DNA of 64,000 nucleotides from Ascidiella aspersa (Eukaryota): NCBI GenBank assembly GCA_963924565.1, contig OZ004613.1, positions 21,700,001 to 21,764,000 of the forward strand, read 5' to 3'. Shown piece by piece: positions 52,707 to 64,000 of this stretch (position 1 is its first letter; each line of letters starts with the position of its first letter). The notes under the pieces were generated by a model. It saw only the letters and a program-made list of their open reading frames with translations, ran no database searches and was not told where the DNA came from. The position numbers and the translations under genes were made by a program.

Positions 52707-55700
52707 TTCTAAATATTGATGGTCCTTTCGCTATCTACAATTTCCACGGTAACATAAAAAAAATAAGCTTACACCATTTTACATGTTGTTCGAAGGAGGA
52801 GAAAGTTTATTTGTCGAGTTTTGATTTCGTGTCAGCGACGGGCGAAATAAATTTATTGATTACCATTTAGTATGTCCATTTAAAAACTGGCAAAAAAATC
52901 TCGCTGATATTTCAAAGGATGAATATTTTATTTTATCATGAAAGTTTGCAATTCAGTTTATTGTTGGCAGATTTATGGCTCATTAAATTTCGTAAAAGCC
53001 ACAAATAAAATTATATTGCTATTGCCTCGGCATAAAGACATTCATGTCGATGCTTCCATTGGATGTGTGAGATGGTTCATTCTGTCCGGTATTCGACCGC
53101 TGATTGGCGGATCTACTTCGATAGCTGAATCACCACACGCGCAAGACGGAGTTACGTCACAACGCACGTCCACATATACTTTCCCGATGCTTCGCGCTCG
53201 GTCGAGCCAACCCCCCACCCCGAAATGTTCTCTTGTAGACGCGATGGATAGAGCGAGCGTTATGGATAAGAATAGCGTACGGCCCCTTCCTTAAAAGTGT
53301 CTTGAGACGCCTTCAAACACATCCGAATGGGCACTGCACGTGACAGTATGCCATCTTTTTATTTCGATAATTGTTTCGTTATTTGCTATCTCTATAATTT
53401 ATCTTATATTTGGAGCAGGTAACGGATGTCAACATAGAAATAGTTACTTCACAACATAAAAAGGAAAGTTTTTATAACAATGGCGAAAAAATAATTTACT
53501 GATATTTGATATTATCTAACATTTAATTAATGACGGAATTGTCTGATAAGTATTTTCGTTTTATCCTGCTTTTATGTCAATATAATTGTCGAGAATTACA
53601 GTTTACTACAGTTTAAGTGCGCATGAAAAAAACTATGTTGAAAAACCTATTACTGTTCTAAATATTGATTGTCCTACAGCTCTCTCAAGTTTTCGCGATA
53701 ACAGCGAAAAAACATAATCGCTTGCACCTTTATCACGTGTTGTTCGAAGGAAGCTAAAGTTTAGTTGTCGAGATCTGATGTGGTGTCAGCGACGGGTGAG
53801 TTAAATTGACTGATTAATTATTTTTTTAATTTATTGATTAACAGTTAATATGTCCATTAGTTTACTGACAAAAAAGATGCAGAAAATAAAATTATATTTG
53901 TGATCCATCAACATGTGTGCACCCTAAAATGAAAGCAGAACCAAATAGGTAGAGGTTAAAACAATTGTAATTTAGAATTAAGCAGTATCATAGCTACTTT
54001 AAAAAGCTGGATTAGTGGAATCGCAATATAACTATTATCATAAATTCCAATAATTTTAAGGATTACAGGTAAATATATATATACGAACTACCTTTTTTGC
54101 CACGCCTAATAACATTATTATTCTTGATATTTCATAAACAAAATTACTTTTTTTATTAACTATACGAGACCGAAATTTCTAATTAACTGCTTAGTACGAC
54201 ACTCAAGTGTACCGTCTGTGCGTGAACCCAGAGTTTCCAGGAATATTTTTCAAATCGTAGAATAAATAGAAAATACCTATATGGAAAGCAGCGTATTATA
54301 CGTATTGTTTTGAGGGCATTTTACAACTTTTTAACCTACAGGTTAAACTCCAAAATATAGTTGCATTTTTTGTCTTCTTATAGTTATACAAAACAAAAAG
54401 TTGACGCAAGCTTTGAGTTAAAAAGTAGTCCTCCTAAAGCAGAATTGCAAATCGTACAACCAAAAGTGGCGTTAACGGAAAATGTTATATATGATTAATT
54501 ATAATGTTGGCATTTTACAAAAGCGTTTTTCATTCCCGTCAACCTTATACAAAAGAAACTCTTTGTAAATTTTAAGTTGTATTTTTTTTTTTATGATTAC
54601 ACCAAGTAAAATAAATTTAACTAGGTAATGGTAGTTTTCGATATGCTGAAGTTTGGTACCTTCAAGGAATCCATTTAGACGAAAACGCACGTAAAATGTA
54701 GAGTTTTTAAACTTCGACAAAAAGAATATATTTTGCACTAGGAATCATAACAGAACGTTAAAACATGTTGTTTAGAAAAGCGTGTTGTTATTTATGCTGA
54801 ATTAAGGCCAGATAGTAGTTAATAAGTATGTTTTTCTATAAATAATACCAACAATCGTTTTATTATAAAACAGTCGCTTAACAAATTAAATATCTTATCG
54901 AAAACGAACTCAATTTAAGTCAAAACGCAGGTGGGCAACGTTTACCACAAAAAAGTAATTTAATTGCTAGTATTCTAAGCGCAGGTAGCAATTTCAAAAT
55001 TTATTTTGATGAAAATAAGTTGTCATAAAAGGTAAAATATGACATCGCTTTAACAGTGGAATAGAGTTGCGTGCGGCGAAGGTGATAGGAAAATCGCGTT
55101 ACATTAAGTTAGTACAAAAAAGTACGGTTAAAGCAGATCTAAAAAATGGCACCTTAGACAAAACGCCTATATTTTAAGTCGTTATGCTAAGTAAGGTCGT
55201 ACTTTACAATGCCATGTGTTAATCTCACGATTTCCTAAGGGCCCATCACATTCGAGGTAAAACATATATTTTGACAAATTATTTCAAGTGAACGTCTGTG
55301 CGGTAGATGGCAACAACATTAGGCAAATTACTTACGCTGAAAAAAAGGCAAATTAAAAATTAGTCTGCAATCTTTGGCTTTTAAGATCATTTATCGCAAA
55401 TCAACAAATTGCGCCCAGTGGTCTGACGAACATAACTCATTTTTGCTTTATCAAGTAGGTGTCACTCAGTACTCGCCCGAAGCCAATTGTTCTCTATTTA
55501 CAGTAGGTGAGCGGGCGAATGCAAAAATATTAACCTTGAATTGACGACACGAGTCGAAGTAAACACTATAAAACAACAATGTCTACAGTGGGATTTTATA
55601 TAATACAATAGTATTAGAATTAACGACATATAATAAAATAAATGAGCAATAATATTTATGAAGAAATAAGACCTCAACCCGACAGAATAAGTCTTTCACC

Positions 55701-56705
55701 TATAGACATAAGTCAAAAGCACTTCGGAATAAGTTTTAAATTGCCTATATAATTGGCAGGGTTATAAGATATGGGACGATGGGGACCCGCAGTTTAGGCA
55801 CCGGCCTTTCTGGAATTTTCGGTCACTGGACTGTATGTGCATTGTTTGGGTTTCAAGTTTGGTTAAAGCGGGTATTGGTTGATTAGATAACATGATAAAT
55901 CTTATTCTGGCATTTAGCCATCATTCTAACGGATTGAGGTCGCATTCCGACTCATAGTTTTAGTCAAGTTTCGGTTATATTCCGACGTTGACATTAAATA
56001 ATTAAATTACACAAGCAAGTGGTTCATTTCCGCATTCAAGACAGTGTCAAAATTTGAAACAATTGGCTTGAAAAACGGAGATTCTACAGTTTCGAAAACC
56101 GCCAGTAAAACCCTTGGAACAGTCTTGTTTTACAACAGCTAACACGAACCCCATGACTTACATTATCGACAGTTCTAATATGGATCGTCTGGAAAAGACA
56201 AATGGTTCGTGACAGTGGAGGTTAGTTTCACCTGACGAAACCTAATTTTCGTGGCGGAGCGAAAAACCCAAACAACTCGCAACGGATGACAATGGTTGAG
56301 CGGAATTGTCGGAAGAAACACTGTCTAATGCTTGACTTATTGATCCTATGGCAGCGAAATCCGAACAGAAAACCGCCGGATCAATTTTACCGTTAAAACC
56401 CAATAACTTGGGGATAACAAGGGTTGAAGTTGTTGAAGAAGTTAAATTTTAATATTTTTGATAAATGAATCTATCCGTTTAAATAAATCAATCTATCCGT
56501 TTAATAAATGAATTTATCCAATTAAACCAAGTAGGCCTAAAGAACCTTTTAAAGGTCAAACTTTTATATAATTTGTCGGATTACGAAACTGCTTTAGAAA
56601 ATAATTCTATAAACAGGAGAAAATTATATATACACAAAACCCTGCCTAAACCTCTAAACTAGAAATTTTTAGCATTTAAGCAGTTGAACTTCTCTCAGTC
56701 TAAAC

Positions 56706-57009
56706 CAGGGGTTCTTAAACTGGGGTCCGTGAACTAGTTTTAGGGGGTCCGTGAAAGCAAAATTGAAATATTGGTGAATATTTAAGTAATCAATTTTTCT
56801 AAGGAAAGAGTTTTATTGAAACTAAAACGTTTTTGCACTGAATGTCTCTATTCCTATTCTCCTTTTCGCATTTTGTTGACTAAAAACTGCAGACTTGTAC
56901 AGTCTATTTGTATTACGACGTCATTGTTTAATTTCTTGCTTACCGTGGTCCACGCGAAGCAAAAAAACAATTTAGGGGTCCGCGGTGAAAAAAAGTTTAA
57001 GAACCCCTG
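56706..57009. mobile_element. hAT MITE
   Basis: TIR caggggttcttaaac / gtttaagaacccctg; TSD gtctaaac/ctctaaac. Confidence 0.88.
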
Positions 57010-58982
57010 CTCTAAACCGAATGTCAGAGCACGTCAGAGCCCTTAGAAAAAACCGAAAAGTTACCATTTTAGCAGGCTTTTTTAACTAGAGTAGCGATAT
57101 GGCCATGCCCCCCCCCCCCCCCCCCCAAACTAAAAAATATGTAAAATTTTTTTACTTAATAGGCAACTTATTTTCGCGGTTCCCTGGGTAGTATGGCCTA
57201 TTTTCGCCAAAATAAGACATATTTTTAAGTTTTGTAGTGGTGTACGAGCTTATGGCGCCATATAATAAATATTTCAAAAAAATTGTAAAATTCGTTTCGC
57301 GCACTCGCGCAAAGCGGCGTTTTTCAGATATGCAGCGACTGCTTAAGTGACCGTACGCTGACCTCGACTATATAATAACTAAATTAAATCCAAGTACAAT
57401 TAAAAGCTTTTGTGTTGATAGTGCAAATCTGCATCGGAACCAGCCTGCCAATATACTTCCACCGGCCCGCCGCCCCTTTGACAAATTAGACACGAGTCCA
57501 TTTTAAATACTTTTTGACTATTTTAAGTGTGTAAATGCGAAAAATTTCCGCGCTTCGCGCTAATGATCTTTATACATCCAGTGTGTTTTGATGCTCTTTT
57601 TGAACTAGATCAGCGCTTCTTTACTGTTGCGCCGTGGAAAGCTGCCAAGTGCGTTGCGGACAAACGGAAAACGTATTGAAACATAATCGACAAATATTTT
57701 TTAAACATTTTTTTTAATTTAACAAAAACAAGAAATGTAAAAGAAATAACGGTATACCAAAAAAATCGCGCTCGCTGAGCTCGCCAGGTTTGCCCCAAAT
57801 GCTTAACAAACACTAAAATAGATTAACTATAAAATTTATCGCGTTCTCAAAGTAGTTTTATTACACTTTTTCATAGTAGTAGGGGGATGACGACGTGTGG
57901 ACTCGAATTTTAAACCAAGTATACGCTTATTTTAGCGAATTTGCGCCAAGACTTTACTGCTTTAAGCTTTAACTTTATTAAAAGCTTTAACTTATGTAAA
58001 AAGACAAACCTGTTTTCGGAATAAACACGGTTTAAGTATTAAGTAAACCTACACTTTAGCGTTATGATTACTAACTCAATGTTGTCTACAACTCGTGGCA
58101 TACATGTAAGCAAATTCGACTGGTGCATGACCAGTCCGACTGTAACCTCAATTATTCTATGTAAGTATAAATAGTTGTTTCATAGCGACGTTCCTCATTG
58201 TATTGTTAAGTTACCAAGTTAATGCTTTCTGACTTATTTCTATCACTTATATCAGTACGTTTTGCTTGTTTTATGCAAATCTATTTAACCAAAGGCGCTA
58301 TATAAATAATTGCACGTTCGACCTTCCTTTTTGCCAATTTAAACAAAATTTACGCATTTTTTGGATTTCAGCTCCCTATTTTTGCACGAGTTTGACCGAG
58401 AACAACGCTAAATCACAAAATTAACGATATATATACCATTTATTTTGTTAATAACGCTCTAATGCTTTCATCAACTCAATTTATCGCCTTGGACGTATTT
58501 AGTCTTTTTTCTTATATTCAGTATACTCGTTAATATAAGACCAATTTTGAGCGTAATTTTTAAGGCCTTACCAAATGTGGATGACGTGTAAAACACCTTG
58601 TGTGTTTTCTCGTCGTTTTTGGGGGGATTTTCTGGCACTTTTCCCGTGATGTATTAAGTATCAACCAAAAAATTATGTTGCACTTAGTTTGAGGTTTACA
58701 CACCAAACGTACATACAAATGCTATATTTTGTAACTAAAATATCACAATAAGAGGAACACAACAGTCTGCGGTCTGAACTTTAAATAAAATCGAATGACA
58801 AATGTTTGTTTTTCGTCGTCTCCCTAATTCTCTAATAAATAACCTATACCGACATAAATATATATATAAAATTTATTAAAAAAGTCATGAAATACAAAAT
58901 AATAAACATTTAAGCGTCTTTTCGGCGCCGGACGAATGGTTGTGATCCGTGCAATCACATTGTCTTTAGAGAAATATATCAC

Positions 58983-61900
58983 TCAAAACATGAGTGGATC
59001 GACTTGCATTTGACTAGGGATATTGCAAGTGTGCAGCCAAGCCTCCACCTCCTGTTCTTCTGCGTCAGTCATATTGTATAGGTGAGGGGTTCGATCGCAC
59101 AAATGGCGGATATCTTCGTTTGTAATCAGTGGCAGGTCGTCGGTAAATCCGTCAACGAAATCCAGCAGTTGTGTTTCCAGATCGAAAAAGCTGGCATCGT
59201 CTGGCTGTAAATCAAGTAAGAGTTTAACACCATACAAAATATTGAATAAGAACTAATCAATGAACATGTTTTACGTTTATTTTTCCTAACCGCCGTGCAC
59301 CACCGGAAACGCATGGGACGAGATTGAAAGATTCCGCCAGTTCCTTTATTTCATCCAGGAAATCCACCTCTTCAAAAATTCTTCTTCTCATCCTAGTTGG
59401 CTTTCTCATCTTGCCGACGACCGAGGATGAGGTGCAGCGATGCTCTGGATCATCTTGAATCCTGAACAACTTCTCCCTTGTCAAGGCTCTCTGCATGTTT
59501 GCCATCCAATCTTTCTCTTTTTTCTCATCGATTTTTGGTGCATCATGAAAAGTTGGAGACTCGGAAATCGGAGACGACTTAATCTTGGGCACCATTTTAA
59601 GCGCATCACTCAAGTCTTTCGGTGTAATCTGATGATTGGATTCACAACGCTTGGACACCGGTCGTTCTAACTTGCTTGGCTGTCGCAGCTTTGACTGGTT
59701 CTTTACCACAATTTGAGCCTTGTGATAAATCGGCGCACGGAGTTTCAAGGAAGAATCAACTTTGTGTGGTGCCTTAAGTTTTGTAGGTGGACAAAGTTTA
59801 AAAGGAAAACCTTCGGGTGCTTTTCGAGAGGTGGGTGCAGCTGTCAACTGAGAAGTGCTTACTTTTATCGCTGTCTTGATTGTGCTTGGTGTGCGCAATT
59901 TGGAGTGACATCCAGCAGCAATAGGTTTTTTTGTCTTAGGTGTCTCCCCAAGATTTGACGGAATGGAAGACCTATATTTTGTTGATTTTTTGGATCTTGC
60001 CTTCATCGCCAGCCGCTGTGCGTCTTCTTTCTCCTGCTCTGCCAACTCCTCTTGGTAGTAACGCTCCCAGTCTTCTTCTGTAGGGGCCTGGCGAACGTGT
60101 TTTTTCTTTGGTAGTTGATTAATGGCTTTCATAATGTCTTCAACTACAAGAAGTGTATCTTTGCTCGTTGTATCTCTGAGATTACAGAAGGAATTTATGT
60201 CCTGTATTTTGCAATATGCCTTCTGTGCCATTCGCTGAGCGTATTCTTTTGCCTGTTCCGCCAACTCCTCTTGGTAATATCTCTTCCAATCTTCTTCGGT
60301 GGGAGTTGTTCCAACGCTTTCTTCATTGGGCAATTTGTTAATTGCCTTTATGATATCGTTGTTGCTGAATTTTGGAATTTTTACAAAAGGGTGCTTCCAT
60401 TTGGACCATTTCTGAAGCCAATATTCATGTTCAGGATCAAGGAATCCTCCCAGTTCATCTGATCCTGGATAGCTTGTGACGACAACATGGGACTTACTAA
60501 GTACTGGGCGCAGTATTTTTGCCACTACGGAAGATTTGTCAGTTTTATTTACTTTCTTCGAAGTACCAGCCCTCGCAGGAAGAGTAGTAGTTTGTGTTCC
60601 TTTGTTGAACTTTGATCTGGGTTTTAGCGCCGGCAACATTCGAACAGTTCCAAAAATAGTTTGGGTGAATGTGGTTGTGCTTTGTCGTTTTTGTAGGGTT
60701 CCATTGTCCGATGGTAGTACATTATCCGGTTGAGTTTGAGTTGTTTGTGTGCTTACAGGCGAACTAACGACTGGTACAGTCTGGGTGGAAAGAGTGATAC
60801 CAACAGTTTTGGAAGTCTGACTAGACATTGACGCTGAGAGCATGGGACGTTGGAAGGTCTGAGTTGAAGTCGACACAGCAAGTGAACTTTTCGAGTCATG
60901 TCCAATGGTTTGAGTGAAAACAGGGGCGGTTGTCGAAATAGAGGTCTGTGTGGATGCGGGTTTGCCAACAGATTGGGAAGTCTGGGTTGGAACTGACTTG
61001 AGGATCGGATTAATCGTTTGGATACGGGCGGGCATGAAGCATTTTTTGATGGTCTGTGTTGGAATTGGCGTTGTGACAAACTGAAAGGTTTGGCTTCCGA
61101 CGGATAGGAATTGTGCTCTGACTGAGTTAATCGTCTGGGTTGAGCAGGTTTGAGTAATTGGGCGTTTTACAGAGGATTTGGCAGGTTGAATCGTGCAATA
61201 AATGAAGACCTGCTTCGGTGATTTAGACACGGCCTGAATAGTTGGGCTGCTTTGTGCTGAACATAGGGGGAGAATCGGTGAACCTACAGGCGATGGGGTT
61301 AAGACATCATGTACCCTAATCTTCTTTACTTTAGTCAGAAGAGCTTTAGCCTTGGTCAAGACATTCCTTTCCAAGTGCGCAAGGAATATTTCAAACATGT
61401 CGGAGGTGATTATGATATGTACGCGTGGTCCATTGGTCGGAAACCCTGTTTGAAGGAACACGACCATATCAGCAGGTAACAGGAACGGTTCGAATGGTAA
61501 TTTGAGAGAAGGTTTCGCAATGGACTTCACGGCGACATTTGGTAGACCTATAAATACACAAAGATGGGTTAAAAAGGTGTACAACTAAGCCCAAGGCAGC
61601 AATCAGTATAAAATCCCACAGCAATTACCTCGCAATCCTATATTTTCGAATTTCTTTCTTGCCGGAATGCAAATTGTCAGCAACTTATTGTTGTTTGGGT
61701 TGTTTAAAATCTTTGTGAAAAAATATTGCATGCACAAATTAACAAACTTAGAAATAGACACTTACAGGTAACAACAATATGGGATTTATACATTGAAAGC
61801 TTAGTCATTGCAATGGCTTACGCAGAACGAAAAAAAAGGGCATTACTAAGGGCTATAGTTCTTTAAAATTAAAATGAATGTTTGCTTGGTTTATAAATGT

Positions 61901-63924
61901 AGCATTTTCCGAATAAAGCATGTTAATTCGCAGAAAATTCTGTCATTAAAAACAAGATTATTACAACATGTAGAGGTATTTGAGACAGAATGGCGACGTT
62001 ACATTTTTTCCACCACTTTTTACAAGCCGACGTTATGATTTTGCTTGTAGTTTGTGCCGTATAATATTGTCATACCTTAAATGAAATGAGGCTCATAGGT
62101 TAAAAAAGTCGTATATCCTAGTACAGTGATCGGCAAATTTATTTGTCGCGGCCCAAATTACTCTTTTTGAAGCTATTGAAGGCTCACTATGTAAAACAAC
62201 TACAAAACAGGGCGAATCCAGGATATTTGTTTTGAGTTGGAGGCACTAGAATGACGTCACAAAGTTATGCCATAAAACAATTGCTCTTAGAAATACCTGT
62301 TGTTTCGAACGAACTCGTTCGCAAATATGAAGCTAAAATCCAGGCGGCGAAACGTTTACCTTAGACCAGCGGTTATAAACCAGTGGGCCATAAGAACATT
62401 TGAGGTGGGCAACAGACCGATTTAGAAAAGTTAGATTTAGTTTCTTTTGTGTCACTATATTTAATTTTACAGGAATAATGGCTTGCGGAGAAATTAAAAA
62501 GTAATGCAAAATTATTGTCCAGCCGCAAGTATCTCACTAATGCAGGGTTGAATTAATAATCTGTTTTGAAATATGTTCCACTGTGTTTTGTTCTAAACCT
62601 ATTTTACAGTTTTTTCTGTCAAAAATATTTATTGGGCCTCAGAATATATTTGTAACGTAACTGGGCCACGAAAGAAAAAAGGTTGAGAACCACTGCCTTA
62701 GACGTATAAAAGATTAAAACCATAGCATTTCCACAGCGGAATGGCGGCAGCCGCAGTCACGTAAAAGTTCGAACGAAACACATAAAATGATTACATCATG
62801 TAAATCTTGTAGTGAAAGCTGGATAAATGTTACTCACGATACAATAGCAATATTACAATGGTAAATAAAATAATACATTAACTAGATAAATGTTGGTAGA
62901 AATTGTATTTTGTAGGGAGTCTAAGCCAACACAGCGTTATGGTTGTGGACACCAAGAAAGGGTGAAATATTACATGGCGCCTTGATGCCGAAAACGATGT
63001 CATAATGTATAAAACCTACTATAAAACGATAATATATGCACGAATCACAAAGAAAATTTGCGATTACATATAGTTAAAGTTGAAAAATATATTTGACAGG
63101 CCCTCACAGTGCCTTATTTACCACGCAGGCCTGAACCACGGTGAGACAATATAATAATTCTTAGCAACACGTAGCCAAATACAATACAATATATGCACAG
63201 CATTCACGCGGCCCACAACTACATGATAAAACAATAAAACATAGCTCGCGGCCTGCGGTCCACATTTGGGCCGTGGCCCACTGTTTGCCCACCACTGTCC
63301 TAGTATAGATACCGTTTATTTTCAGTAGGCTAGCTAGCAAACATCGCATTCAAAAGTTCAGCCGCATCCTACAACTTCAGAATTTTGTTTTTACTTTTTT
63401 TTAAGAAAACTTAAATTAATGCAGCTATTCCGATCAAACAACTGAAATACTGGTGTAACCTATGCTTTACCTTCAAGCCTTTTTCAAGCGAAGCGTTCAT
63501 CGAACGCACAATTCTTCGTAAAAAGGATACAAACCTAAACAACATCGCAAAAAACAACGTTGTAAGATAGCTGTTAAAACTCAAGTGTGGATTATGTTAA
63601 ATTACATGACTATCGAAACGAAAACACTTCAATAAATATAAAGTTTGTTAATTGGAAACATATTTACCTTTCCACGAGAACACATCCACCCTCGAAAAGT
63701 GCGATAAACATTATCACACTGACCAACAACATAGCGATGTTAAAAGCCGGGTTGGTCTTTAGTTTCTCCAATGAGTCAGGGACCATTGAATAGAAGCATT
63801 TCTGCAAAGCCTGGAAATCATTCGCAGGCTGCTCTGGTTCGAACGTAATGCCGAACAACCCATTGAAGGGCGCTAACAGTTTCGAGTCGATTCGAATAAA
63901 AATCATAGTTTTCGCTTCTGCCAT
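58983..63924 (-). CDS. Orphan TQT-repeat protein, copy B; exons 63924-63668, 63534-63471, 61710-61629, 61547-59275, 59204-58983
   Basis: Exon lengths identical to copy A (257/64/82/2273/222), with open frames and conserved splice sites. An in-frame stop occurs only in the predicted intron 3. Confidence 0.75.
62124..63297. mobile_element. hAT MITE with nested MITE (62367-62695), paralogue of 29293-30454
   Basis: TSDs tcctagta and ccttagac. Confidence 0.88.
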
Positions 63925-64000
63925 AAATTTCTGTCGTTCCCGACAAAAGACATTGAACGAATATGACAAAAAATGTAAAAAATAACTTTGCCCTGGCCAA

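Larger units (their letters stand above)
50050..64000. repeat. Segmental duplication, copy B (runs off the window end)
   Basis: See copy A. Confidence 0.92.

Overview
AT-rich, intron-containing eukaryotic DNA. The LDLa-repeat GPCR without LRRs and the dense hAT MITEs point to an invertebrate chordate such as an ascidian (inference, species not identified). Left part: a possible partial minus-strand gene (1-1335) and an 8-exon minus-strand gene (6405-16787, about 941 aa) encoding a signal peptide, about 10 LDLa modules and a rhodopsin-class 7TM domain. From about 17.2 kb onward the window is nested duplication. A block of about 14 kb (17251-31158) recurs about 32.8 kb downstream (50050-64000). 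Each copy carries a 5-exon orphan gene (about 965 aa) with a hydrophobic N-terminal segment, 12-13 TQT (LC8-type) motifs at roughly 12-aa spacing, twin EEDWERYYQEEL helices, SKLxxP repeats and an acidic tail. Between the copies is a tandem duplication of about 8 kb (32245-40422 / 40423-48190) holding a decayed THAP zinc-finger ORF and a small orphan gene, intact in one copy and frameshifted in the other. A 5'-truncated Penelope-like retroelement (GIY-YIG, inverted pseudo-LTRs, two minimal hammerheads) and many MITEs with 8-bp TSDs are inserted throughout. Gene models were built by hand from splice signals and exon phases, with no database support. The duplications could partly be uncollapsed haplotypes.
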